Origin: Minisyncoccia bacterium
GTDB lineage: Bacteria; Patescibacteriota; Minisyncoccia; 2-02-FULL-40-12; IGHO2-01-FULL-4-A
DNA length: 64,000 nt
NCBI GenBank assembly: GCA_050015375.1
Contig: JBEKBN010000003.1
Span: 16,127-80,126 of the forward strand
Reading direction: 5' to 3'
Made by a program: the position numbers and the translations under genes. Below, piece after piece: positions 36,670-45,806 of this stretch. Positions within the stretch are counted from its first letter, which is position 1; the number at the start of each line of letters is the position of its first letter. The notes below the pieces were generated by a model, which worked only from the letters and a program-made list of their open reading frames with translations, was not told where the DNA came from and did not search any database.

Positions 36670-37965
36670 TTATGTTTTTGGTAAAAGGGTTTTTAAATCA
36701 AAATTGGGATTAGCCAAATCCGGTTCCAAGCCGATGACTTTGGTGTCTTTTTCAATCAATTTTGATATAGTGGTCAATTCGTCCATGCCATTGATGGCCG
36801 TGGCGCCCACAAGTTCGCCGTACTGGATCAAGAGGCGAACATGGCTTTTTTCGATCGGCTCATCTCGTTCGACAATGATCCGATCGGGCTTAATCCCAAC
36901 GTCACCGACAAAAGCGATATTAATACCAAAGCCGGAAGTATTGTAGGAAGAGACGAGTTTGAATGGAATTTTCTTGCCGGCCATGTTCAAACCGGCGGTT
37001 TTGCCCTGGACTTGGGCATTGACCCAATTGCCCAACTGAACTTTTTCTTCCAAAATCACGTCGCTGTATTCGCTGGAGTCACCGGCCGTCCAGACATCAG
37101 GCAGATTGGTTTCCAAATATTCATTGGCCAGAATTCCGCGATTGACCTCAAGTCCGGAATTTTTCAGCCAGTCCATCTGGCAGAAGTTGCCGATGCCGAT
37201 AATGATCAGATCGCAGGGGATAGTCGTGCCATCCTTTAATTTTACATTTTCAACTTTTTCTGTGCCAAGCACCTCGTCCACTTCCGAATTGAGCATAACC
37301 TTCGCTCCACCTTTATCGATCGCTTCCGTAACCATCCGGCCCGAAATCGGGTCTAATATCGGATCCCAGAAATGCGGTTCGCGGATGATCATCGTAACCG
37401 GCAAGCCAAACGTCCTCAAAATATCGCACATTTCAAAACCAATGAAACCTCCGCCGACAATGACGGCGCTCTTGGTTGTTTTCAAACCTTCTTTTATTTC
37501 TTTGTAATCATCAATCGTCCGCAAAGAAAAAACACCGGCCTTGTCGGCGCCTTTGACTGGCCATTTCCGGGGTGTGCTACCCAAAGCCAAAAGCAGTTTT
37601 TCATACTGGATCTGCTGACTTGCCCCGTTAAAAATCTGATTCGCTTGCGAATCAGTGGCTTCATTTCTAATGGGGCCGTCATTGAGCGTGATGGTTTTGG
37701 TTTTCGGATCAAGCGCGGTCGCAACCTTGCCGCCTAAAAAAACGATGCCTTGTTGCTGATACCATTCCGGCGTTTTCAAAAATGCTTTTTCGGAACCGAT
37801 CTTATCTAAAAAATAATTCGGTTTGGAAAGCATGACCTTGGAATATAAAACATAATTTTCGTCATTGACGATGGCGATGCTTCCGGCCGGGTCAGTGGTC
37901 TTGATGCTTTCCGCGGCAGAAGTGCCGGCCACCCCACCCCCGATGATTAAATATTTGAAGTTCAT
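36670..37965 (-). CDS. FAD-dependent pyridine nucleotide-disulfide oxidoreductase (NADH oxidase / ferredoxin-NAD(P) reductase-like)
   Basis: N-terminal IIGGGVAGTSAAE, a second Rossmann VIVGGGFIGFEMCD, TAGD. Confidence 0.75.
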   Translation of the reverse strand: MNFKYLIIGGGVAGTSAAESIKTTDPAGSIAIVNDENYVLYSKVMLSKPNYFLDKIGSEKAFLKTPEWYQQQGIVFLGGKVATALDPKTKTITLNDGPIRNEATDSQANQIFNGASQQIQYEKLLLALGSTPRKWPVKGADKAGVFSLRTIDDYKEIKEGLKTTKSAVIVGGGFIGFEMCDILRTFGLPVTMIIREPHFWDPILDPISGRMVTEAIDKGGAKVMLNSEVDEVLGTEKVENVKLKDGTTIPCDLIIIGIGNFCQMDWLKNSGLEVNRGILANEYLETNLPDVWTAGDSSEYSDVILEEKVQLGNWVNAQVQGKTAGLNMAGKKIPFKLVSSYNTSGFGINIAFVGDVGIKPDRIIVERDEPIEKSHVRLLIQYGELVGATAINGMDELTTISKLIEKDTKVIGLEPDLANPNFDLKTLLPKT

Positions 37966-38213
37966 GGAAATATTTGTTTTCCCGTCTTGTCGAAAAGAAT
38001 TATCGCCTGAGTCGGACAGGATTGAGCGGCCATTGTGATAAGCTGGTCGTCAGTCAGGTCGGGATTGATGACAATTACTTTGTGCTCGTCATCCAATTTG
38101 AACATTTCCGGATCAACCGAAACGCACGACGCCACGCCAATGCACAAGTCGCGGTCTATTACTATTTTCCCGATATTCGACCCTTCTTTGTTCCTGACGT
38201 ATTCTATTCGCAT
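37962..38213 (-). CDS. single-cluster ferredoxin (Pyrococcus Fd-like)
   Basis: DRDLCIGVASCVSVDP...AAQSCPTQAI cysteine pattern. 83 aa. 4-nt overlap with the oxidoreductase gene. Confidence 0.6.
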   Translation of the reverse strand: MRIEYVRNKEGSNIGKIVIDRDLCIGVASCVSVDPEMFKLDDEHKVIVINPDLTDDQLITMAAQSCPTQAIILFDKTGKQIFP

Positions 38214-38264
38214 ATATTTTAATTATATAATAATTTTAAAAAAATTTAATGTAAAATTGATCTT

Positions 38265-38813
38265 TTACCAATAAAAAGTCTGCATAACTAATTCAATTTC
38301 TGAATATTTTTTCAATTTATTTACCCATTCCTGCTCCGTCCCAACAGGTACTTCTACACCCACGGTTAATACGGCCTTGATATCCAGTGACATATTACCG
38401 ATTTCCGATACGGCTGTTTCTATAGCTTGCAAAGGCATAGTTGGATTTAATTCACATTCAATCCAAAAAGCAGATGATATTTTGCATTTGCTAACTATAT
38501 TTTTAGTTGATAATTGTTTGATATAATAATTTAAATTCGGTGGCGAGCTGTTAGGAGCATCATCGCTTAATATTTTAAATATGCGGCTATTATAAATTTC
38601 AGATGTAGGTTTGAGGTTATTTTTTGATAAAAATGAAACCATATCATTAATACTAAGGGTTTTTTTGAATTGTATTGTTAATTCTCCATCAACAAGTTTG
38701 TGAACGTTACTGAAATTAGACATTCGCAGTCTCAAAAATATTATGATTCCCACAATGACAACCAGCGAGATAATTATTATAAATATAGGTATTTTTCGTT
38801 TAAAGATAGCCAT
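38265..38813 (-). CDS. membrane-anchored hypothetical protein
   Basis: N-terminal TM helix. 182 aa. Confidence 0.4.
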   Translation of the reverse strand: MAIFKRKIPIFIIIISLVVIVGIIIFLRLRMSNFSNVHKLVDGELTIQFKKTLSINDMVSFLSKNNLKPTSEIYNSRIFKILSDDAPNSSPPNLNYYIKQLSTKNIVSKCKISSAFWIECELNPTMPLQAIETAVSEIGNMSLDIKAVLTVGVEVPVGTEQEWVNKLKKYSEIELVMQTFYW

Positions 38814-38872
38814 TATTTAATTATAAAGCATTTGTTATACTTTTAAAACAACGGCCTGGTCCGGGTTTTTGA

Positions 38873-39526
38873 TTATTTAGAATATTTCTCTGAATAAAAT
38901 CGAATTAGTTCCTCGACTTCTGGGAGACAGGTGGGATTGCCGATGCCGACTTTGGTTCGTTTTTGGACGTCTTCAAGAGTCCGCGCGCCCTCGATGACCG
39001 CCGTTTCGATATCAGCTTCGGTGACTTTGGTTTGGGAGTCGATGACTTTTCCGCCGTCAACGATTATCCGGTCGTATTGGCCGGTTTTTTTAAACCAATC
39101 ATTGACCGCGCCTCTCAACGCCTTGTCGCCAAGGACCGAACAATGTATTTTTCTGTCAGGCAAACCGCCGAGACGCTTGGTTATATCTTGGGCTTTAATG
39201 GCCATGGCCTTATCCAATTTCATTCCGCCTTTTTCGGTGGCCATGACTGATAGCATCGAAGTCGCCGCGATTGCCGAAGCACAACCGAAGGTTCGCCATT
39301 TGAATTTCTTTATCCTTTCGGTTTTGGGGTCGATTTTCAGCCAAATTCTCATGACATCACCGCAAGCCGGCGAACCGATGATACCTTCGGCGTCAAAACC
39401 GGTGGTCTTAGAATCATCAGACAAAAAATTCCGCGGTTTGAAAAAATGTTTGCGGACATTTTTCGAGTAAACCCAGCTTTTGCCGAGGAATTGGTTGATT
39501 ATGTCGGGTTTCTTCACTGAACTCAT
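38873..39526 (-). CDS. NifU/IscU-like Fe-S cluster scaffold protein with C-terminal extension
   Basis: GSPACGDVMRIWLKID...RTFGCASAIAATS IscU Cys motifs. Confidence 0.75.
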   Translation of the reverse strand: MSSVKKPDIINQFLGKSWVYSKNVRKHFFKPRNFLSDDSKTTGFDAEGIIGSPACGDVMRIWLKIDPKTERIKKFKWRTFGCASAIAATSMLSVMATEKGGMKLDKAMAIKAQDITKRLGGLPDRKIHCSVLGDKALRGAVNDWFKKTGQYDRIIVDGGKVIDSQTKVTEADIETAVIEGARTLEDVQKRTKVGIGNPTCLPEVEELIRFYSEKYSK

Positions 39527-39545
39527 GGTAATAAAATAAATAATA

Positions 39546-39695
39546 TCTTCCCATCACCACTTGAATCCCCAGCGAGGATTCTGCGTTCCCTTGAAGATTG
39601 TGGATTCTGTCGAGAGAAAAAATGATTATGAAATATTATATCATTTTTTCTCTCGACAGACCGTGCAATCCACAACTTCAAGGGTGCTGGGAAGA
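39546..39695. repeat. intergenic imperfect-palindrome element, copy 2
   Basis: Same conserved bulges as copy 1. Stem differences are compensatory (tctgtcgagag/ctctcgacaga versus tctggcgagag/ctctcgccaga). Confidence 0.8.
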
Positions 39696-39701
39696 CATTA
39701 T

Positions 39702-41009
39702 TTATTTTTTCGCAAAAAAATGCGGGGTTTGGTCACCGACAAACGCTTTCGGCTGGGAAGTTTTTTCAGAAAAATTAGGATTGAGATTGATGGGCGACAT
39801 TTGGCGGAGTTTTCGGACGACTAACGGCAATTTTTTCAAGACATAATCAACATCGGCAATCGTTGTATATTTTCCGAGAGTGAAACGGACACTACCGTGG
39901 GCGAATTCATAAGGCCGGCCGAGGGCCGTCAAAATATGCGACGGCTCCAGCAATTGGGAATTGCAAGCCGAACCGGTGTTGACGATGATATTTTCTTTAT
40001 CCAGATACAAAACTGCCGCTTCGCCTTCAATGTCTAAAATGGAAACATTCAAAAAATTCGGCAGGCGATTTGTCGGATGGCCGTTCAAAATGACTTTCTG
40101 AATTTTGGAGAAAATACCCATGGTCAATCGGTCACGAAGTTTGGCAACTCGGGCGCACTCGGAATCTTTTTCATTGTGAACGAGCCACAGCGCCTCGCCA
40201 AAGCCGACAATACCGGGAACATTTTCAGTGCCGGAACGTACTCCGCTTTGCTGACCGCCGCCGAAAATTATTGGCCGGATCACCGTTCCTCTCCTTATAT
40301 ATAAACCGCCGATGCCCTTGGGTCCGCAAATCTTGTGAGCCGAAAGAGTCAACAAGTCAACGCCCAGTTTTTGAACATCCAGATCAAGATAACCGGCGAT
40401 CTGCGAAGCATCGGTATGAAAATATGGAATTCGTGATTCATGATTCATGATTCGTGATTCTCTGGTAGTTTTTACTAGTTTGGCGATCGGTTGGATCGTG
40501 CCGGTTTCATTATCGGCTGAAGTTATTGAGATCAAAATCGTCTTTTCATCGATCAATTTTGCCAGATCTTCCGGGTAAATTAACCCATCGGGTCTAACCT
40601 TAACTTCGACAATTTCAAAACCTTCTCTGGCAAGCTGTTCCGCGGCGGCAATGATGCCTTTATGCTCAATGTTGGAAATAATTATTTTGTTGCCATATTT
40701 TTTGTTGGCGCGGGCAGTTCCCAGAATCGCCAAATTATCAGCTTCGGTCGCCGAACCGGTGAAAACGAATTCACTTGCCCCCACACTCAAGGATTGAGTG
40801 TGGGGGTGAACCCGGCAATTCAAAACCGCTGAAATTTTATCAAGCGAATCATTGATGGCAATCTTTGAACGGTGGCCGAGAGCGTCAAGGTTGGAAGGAT
40901 TGCCGAAACTCTCGCTGAAGAACGGCATCATCAATTTCAAAACCTCCCGCCTGACCGGCGTCGTCGCGGCGCAGTCGAAATAATGGATGGATTGTCCTTT
41001 TCCCTTCAT
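39702..41009 (-). CDS. cysteine desulfurase (NifS/IscS class) with two short in-frame insertions
   Basis: PLP-Lys motif SAHKICGPKGIGGLYIRRG, class V aminotransferase fold. Insertions: the palindrome 40778-40806 (encoding HPHTQSLSVGAS) and the heptamer repeat 40433-40460 (encoding ESRIMNHESRI). Confidence 0.85.
   Translation of the reverse strand: MKGKGQSIHYFDCAATTPVRREVLKLMMPFFSESFGNPSNLDALGHRSKIAINDSLDKISAVLNCRVHPHTQSLSVGASEFVFTGSATEADNLAILGTARANKKYGNKIIISNIEHKGIIAAAEQLAREGFEIVEVKVRPDGLIYPEDLAKLIDEKTILISITSADNETGTIQPIAKLVKTTRESRIMNHESRIPYFHTDASQIAGYLDLDVQKLGVDLLTLSAHKICGPKGIGGLYIRRGTVIRPIIFGGGQQSGVRSGTENVPGIVGFGEALWLVHNEKDSECARVAKLRDRLTMGIFSKIQKVILNGHPTNRLPNFLNVSILDIEGEAAVLYLDKENIIVNTGSACNSQLLEPSHILTALGRPYEFAHGSVRFTLGKYTTIADVDYVLKKLPLVVRKLRQMSPINLNPNFSEKTSQPKAFVGDQTPHFFAKK
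40433..40460. repeat. 4 x 7-nt tandem repeat RTGATTC inside the cysteine desulfurase CDS
   Basis: gtgattc atgattc atgattc gtgattc. Confidence 0.8.
40778..40806. repeat. 29-nt GC-rich perfect palindrome cccccacactcaa-gga-ttgagtgtggggg inside the cysteine desulfurase CDS
   Basis: 13-bp exact arms. Confidence 0.85.
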
Positions 41010-41050
41010 ATGTCATATAATATATCAGTAAATCAAAGTTATTCAATATA

Positions 41051-42262
41051 ATGGAAAGATTTCCGAATTTCGAAAATTCTCCCAGTAAAGAAACACCCGA
41101 ACAAAAGAACAAGAGATATGCAGGGGGCCAAATAACGGAATCAGAGATTTTTGAGTATCAAAAAAACCCGGACAGTACTCTTTTTGAACACGAGCTGTCA
41201 AAAAAAATGGCATCTGGCGCGGAATACAAAATCAAGTTTCAGGTTAAGAGCCTTACAAAAAACTCGCTTGAAAAAACACTAGAGGGCGTTAGTGATTCGT
41301 GGGACGATGTATCGTTTGAGAACCTAAAGGAAACCCTGAAGCTTTATTTTGAACAAAAAGAATCAGGGATTCCCGGTCTTTTGAACGCGGAGTACTACAT
41401 TGCGGTTGACGGGGATGACATGCCAATAGCGATGACCGGTCTTTATTCTGTCGACATCCAAGGCACATCAGGATTCGCAACAAGGAACGAGCTTGATCCA
41501 AAAAAACATAATATGATTTTAGGCCTCGGCTGGTTCTCGGTCAGTAAAAAAATTGAAAGCCCGGGAATGGGCAAATATCTGCTTGATTGGACCGAAAACT
41601 TAGCGCGAACAAGAGGTGCCAATTTCATGGAGATCGAAACAGATGATTGGGATAATTCAAAAATGGCCGTGGCGCTCTACAGAAGATCGGGTTATCAGGA
41701 GGGCCATCCAGTGAAAGACTATTATGGGGCAGGCCGCGATCTAAATGCCTATTATTTTGATGCCGCAGGAGAACTGGAAAGCGAGCCAGTGGCGCCATCT
41801 GAAATAACCCGACAAGATGTTGGCGATTTGCTTAAAATTGCGGCCAAGATTAATTCCCCGGATCGGGTCGAGGAGTTTAAGGTTTGTCTTGAGCTTTTCT
41901 TGAAACAGCAGGAGGATAAAAGTGCTATTCTTAGTGGAAAATCGCTGGTTCTCCGAGACGCATCGGGCCATCCTGAGAGTTTCGCTATTTATTCGGACGG
42001 CATATATGATAATGAGCTTTTGATCTTTTGGGAGGGCGCCGATCCCGAGAGAGATGGCGCCCGAGAAAGATTGATTTCCAAACTGAAAGAAACCGCAAAA
42101 AGTTGCGACCAAAATGTCGTAGTCATTATGAAGGACAAGGAAGACCCCAAACTTATCAATCTTGGTTTTACATCGGCTGGCCAGGGAATCCCGGGGGTTT
42201 TTGGCAAAGATGATCCAACAAAATTACTCCATTTCATAAAACCATTAAATCCTGTAAAATAA
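41051..42262 (+). CDS. GNAT-fold-containing hypothetical protein
   Basis: LGLGWFSVSKKIESPGMGKYLL motif A-like. 403 aa. Confidence 0.4.
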   Translation: MERFPNFENSPSKETPEQKNKRYAGGQITESEIFEYQKNPDSTLFEHELSKKMASGAEYKIKFQVKSLTKNSLEKTLEGVSDSWDDVSFENLKETLKLYFEQKESGIPGLLNAEYYIAVDGDDMPIAMTGLYSVDIQGTSGFATRNELDPKKHNMILGLGWFSVSKKIESPGMGKYLLDWTENLARTRGANFMEIETDDWDNSKMAVALYRRSGYQEGHPVKDYYGAGRDLNAYYFDAAGELESEPVAPSEITRQDVGDLLKIAAKINSPDRVEEFKVCLELFLKQQEDKSAILSGKSLVLRDASGHPESFAIYSDGIYDNELLIFWEGADPERDGARERLISKLKETAKSCDQNVVVIMKDKEDPKLINLGFTSAGQGIPGVFGKDDPTKLLHFIKPLNPVK

Positions 42263-42267
42263 ATACC

Positions 42268-43338
42268 ATGGAAAAGATGCCAACAATTGGAAGCCGAATG
42301 GAAGAGCAAGCATGCAAACATGGCGTTGTGAAGGGCGAATTATGCGATGCATGCGAATTGGAAAAACAACCATCTTGGAACACGATCGAAAATCTCAGAA
42401 AGAAGAGTCATTTCAAGCGTTCGAACGAAGTTTTCCCAAACTGTTTCATTGAGATTGAAAACAAAAAGTTTAAGATTGAAATAATTGAAAACGGCAAAGA
42501 CCCATCGTTAAGCGATGTCCAGGCATTGTTTGAAAATACTTTTGGAAAAGAAGAGGTTGATCCGGAAGAAATTTTGCGTTCAGCGGTTGACGGCATAACT
42601 CCCTGGGAGACGGAAGACACAAAGTACAGAGTAGTTACTATCCGCGATGACGAGGGAAAACTGGTTACGACTGTTGCCGGCGCATCGCTGGATCTATTTG
42701 ATGAAAAAGGTGAACCAACTGGCGAATGTGCCTACTATGTCGGTTACGCCGTAACAGATCCCAATACTAGACAGGGCGGACTGGCTCGAGAGGCCTACAT
42801 TTCTGCTCTCTTGGATGTTGCCAGAGAAGCTCAGAAAAAAAATAAAGTTCTGAAGTTTGCCGTTGGCGAGTGTACTTACACTTCAGAAAAATTTTGGAAC
42901 AATGTCGGATGGAAGCGGGTTTATGCCCAAACAGGCGATAAGCGGGAATATACTGAGCTGAAATATATTCAACCCGCCCTGGAATTCGATGAGGATACCG
43001 GCGAGATTGCTGAAGGATCAGGCGAAGCACCCGAACACCTTATGATTGATGCTTTCGGACCCAAAACTCCCGGGAAAGAGGATGTCATGAGAGCGTATGA
43101 ATCGCTAATCTATTTTTGTAATGATTGGCCGCGCGAAGCCTTCAATAATGATCGAGCCGAAAAAAAGAAGACGGAATATCTGAACGGAATTAAAACAAAT
43201 TTTAAAGATTTTATGGATTCTAATGGCCAGCTGATCTATCTTGATGCCGATAACCGTGAAAAAGCGGTTAAGGAAGGTGTGGCCGTTATCGGATACACCG
43301 AAGCTGACCGCGGACAAGCCGGCGAAGAAGATTTCTAA
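42268..43338 (+). CDS. GNAT-fold-containing hypothetical protein (paralog-like to the preceding gene)
   Basis: TRQGGLAREAYISALLDVA motif A-like. 356 aa. Confidence 0.4.
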   Translation: MEKMPTIGSRMEEQACKHGVVKGELCDACELEKQPSWNTIENLRKKSHFKRSNEVFPNCFIEIENKKFKIEIIENGKDPSLSDVQALFENTFGKEEVDPEEILRSAVDGITPWETEDTKYRVVTIRDDEGKLVTTVAGASLDLFDEKGEPTGECAYYVGYAVTDPNTRQGGLAREAYISALLDVAREAQKKNKVLKFAVGECTYTSEKFWNNVGWKRVYAQTGDKREYTELKYIQPALEFDEDTGEIAEGSGEAPEHLMIDAFGPKTPGKEDVMRAYESLIYFCNDWPREAFNNDRAEKKKTEYLNGIKTNFKDFMDSNGQLIYLDADNREKAVKEGVAVIGYTEADRGQAGEEDF

Positions 43339-43568
43339 AATATTCTAAACAAAAATCCGTGTTCGAGCACGGATTTTTGTTTAGACGCGGTATCCTTAAT
43401 CATAACTTCAAGATAATATTATAACTTCCGTAAAGTTATCCACTTTTTTGTTAAAAAATATTTTTTAAGTGGTATAATTAAAGTATAAAATAATTCCTAA
43501 TAAATATTTTTCTAAACAAAAATTAATTTCTTGAAAAATCGGCAAAGAATTTTTTAAGAAAATATAGA

Positions 43569-44792
43569 TTGAAAAAATTTGACTATTTAATTCTCGGTGC
43601 GAGCGGAATGCAAGGCAGAATAGTCGCCCGAGATCTTCTAGAAAAAGGCAATGAGGTCTTATTGACCGATATCTACAAGGAAAACTCGCGGAAAAATTTG
43701 AAAATATTTCCAAGAGCAGCTTTTAGGTATCTGGATGTCCGGGAATTTCGCCGAATGATAGATCTGATCCGTGAGTCCGGAACAGACATCGTCATCAATT
43801 GCGCCGAATCGGACTGGAATCTTAGTGTTCACCGAGCTTGTCTGATCGCGGGCGTTCACGTGGTTGATATGGATTCCGACGTTGCCACGACCGAAAAACA
43901 ACTGGCCCTGGACGGCCAATTCAAGAAAAAAGGACTGACGGCGATCACCGGTTGCGGTTCAACTCCGGGCATCAACAATCTGATGCTGAATCACGCCGCC
44001 CAGTTTTTTGATACTCTGGAATCTGTCAATGCCGGTTTTGTCTGGGATTCAAACATGGATATTTTTGTCGCTCCGTTCTCGATCCCGAGCATCGTTTGGG
44101 AATTTACCCATCCGGCGACCGTCATTGAAAACGGAATTGTCCGCTTCAAGAAACCGCTGTCCGAAACGATCACGGTTGATCTGAGGGTGGTCGGCCGTCA
44201 GACCGGCTATCTTGTGGAACACGCCGAGGTCGCCACCTTCAATCATTATTTCAAAAACAAAGGTCTGAAAAATATTCATTTTTACGCCGGCTTTCCGAAA
44301 TACTCCGCCGATGTTTTTGAAAAATTAATTTATCTTGGATTGGCGAAAAGTGAAAAGATTGCCGTTGACGGAGGATTAAAAGTTTCTCCTCTTGATCTGG
44401 TGACCCAAGTCATCAAACGAATTGACTATCCGGAAAATTATTTTGAAAAAGAAAATCTTTGGGTGGAAATCATTGGCAAAAAAGACGGCCAGCCAAAAAA
44501 AATTCTCATGGAATGCATTGTGCCGCCGCTGGAGGGTTGGGAAGACGCCGGTTGCAATATTGATACCGGTTTTCCCGCTTCCATCATCGCCCAAATGATA
44601 AAAGACGGGCGGATCTCGGAACGGGGCAGTTTTTCGCCCGAGGCCGGCATCGTGCCTGAAGAAGATTTTTTCCGCGAACTTCGCTTGAAAGGCATGACCG
44701 TTTATCGGGGCGGCATCGCTATAAATTTGTTGAAGAACGAGATCACCATGCCCAAGCGAGCAAAGACCGAGCGAGTGGAGACGTATATTTAG
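43569..44792 (+). CDS. saccharopine dehydrogenase-like NAD(P)-binding oxidoreductase
   Basis: N-terminal Rossmann LILGASGMQGRIVARDL. 407 aa. Confidence 0.6.
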   Translation: MKKFDYLILGASGMQGRIVARDLLEKGNEVLLTDIYKENSRKNLKIFPRAAFRYLDVREFRRMIDLIRESGTDIVINCAESDWNLSVHRACLIAGVHVVDMDSDVATTEKQLALDGQFKKKGLTAITGCGSTPGINNLMLNHAAQFFDTLESVNAGFVWDSNMDIFVAPFSIPSIVWEFTHPATVIENGIVRFKKPLSETITVDLRVVGRQTGYLVEHAEVATFNHYFKNKGLKNIHFYAGFPKYSADVFEKLIYLGLAKSEKIAVDGGLKVSPLDLVTQVIKRIDYPENYFEKENLWVEIIGKKDGQPKKILMECIVPPLEGWEDAGCNIDTGFPASIIAQMIKDGRISERGSFSPEAGIVPEEDFFRELRLKGMTVYRGGIAINLLKNEITMPKRAKTERVETYI

Positions 44793-44793
44793 A

Positions 44794-45138
44794 ATGGATA
44801 AGACAATAGAAATGATTACCTACGACGATTTCGCCAAAGTTGAACTCAAAATCGCCAAAGTATCGGAAGCCGAGAGAATTGAAGGTTCAGAAAAACTATT
44901 GAAATTGCAAATTGACATCGGCGAACCGGAGAAGCGCCAGATCATTGCCGGCATCGGCAAGATTTATTCGCCGGAAGAACTTATCGGCAAAGAAATCGTC
45001 ATTGTCGCCAACTTGGAACCCAAGTCATTGATGGGTTTGGAAAGCAGTGGTATGCTTTTGGCGGCGACAGACGGCGAAGGCCGACCGATATTGCTTACGC
45101 CTGACAAAGAAATCGCGCCCGGAAGCAAGATCAAGTGA
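44794..45138 (+). CDS. tRNA-binding domain protein (CsaA/Trbp111/MetRS C-terminal-like)
   Basis: FAKVELKIAKV...LQIDIGEPEKRQIIAGI...VANLEPKSLMGLESSGMLLAA. Confidence 0.7.
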   Translation: MDKTIEMITYDDFAKVELKIAKVSEAERIEGSEKLLKLQIDIGEPEKRQIIAGIGKIYSPEELIGKEIVIVANLEPKSLMGLESSGMLLAATDGEGRPILLTPDKEIAPGSKIK

Positions 45139-45213
45139 TTAAAAAATATCGGAAAAATTAAAGTTTCAAAAACCTTGTTGTTCTTGAAACGTTGAAATTT
45201 ATCCGAAAGTATC

Positions 45214-45462
45214 ATGCAAGGTTATCCTAATTTTGTCGGTGTTCCCGGATACGGCTGGAATGCGCCGGCGTGGGTTGGCTGGCTTGTCGCGGTCGTTGTC
45301 ATCTGGTCGATAATTTGGAAGGGGATCGCTTTGTGGAAAGCGGCCGAAAAAAGAAGCAAGCCGTGGTTCATCATTTTACTTTTGGTCAACACCATCGGTA
45401 TTTTGGATATAATCTACATTTACGCCGTCAGCAAGAAATCGAAAGGGCAGGCGCAAGTTTAG
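45214..45462 (+). CDS. small membrane protein
   Basis: 82 aa, two TM helices. Confidence 0.35.
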   Translation: MQGYPNFVGVPGYGWNAPAWVGWLVAVVVIWSIIWKGIALWKAAEKRSKPWFIILLLVNTIGILDIIYIYAVSKKSKGQAQV

Positions 45463-45504
45463 CCCTCGCGCCATTTCCGAAATTCCAATTTTAATCTTCA
45501 GCTA

Positions 45505-45666
45505 GCTTCGGTGATCGCCTCTCTGATCACCACTCCAAAACCCAGCGAGTTTTGTTCGTTCCGTCAAAATTGTGGATTCAGCTTTTGGTTTGGCAGAACA
45601 TTATACCAAAAGCTGACCGTGCAATCACACAATTTTGACGGTGCTCCGAGAGGCGATCACCTCGCT
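45505..45666. repeat. intergenic imperfect-palindrome element, copy 3 (diverged)
   Basis: Retains CCCAGCGAG on the 5' side and GACCGTGCAATCACACA on the 3' side. Its own complementary stems: ggtgatcgcctctc/gagaggcgatcacc and ccgtcaaaattgtg/cacaattttgacgg. Confidence 0.65.
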
Positions 45667-45806
45667 TAATCGCCGGAATATTATTGAAGTTCGGAAATAG
45701 CTCAAATTGATTGTCAGGTACTTATCTGCGCGGTCGCTCGAAGAGGGTTGGCTTGCTCACCATCTCCCAATTTGTAAAATCCGCCAGCGGATGATTAAAT
45801 TGAGGT

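Noticed and set aside
36704-37737. Plus-strand ORFs of 80-133 aa
   Set aside because: Antisense to the well-supported FAD oxidoreductase gene.
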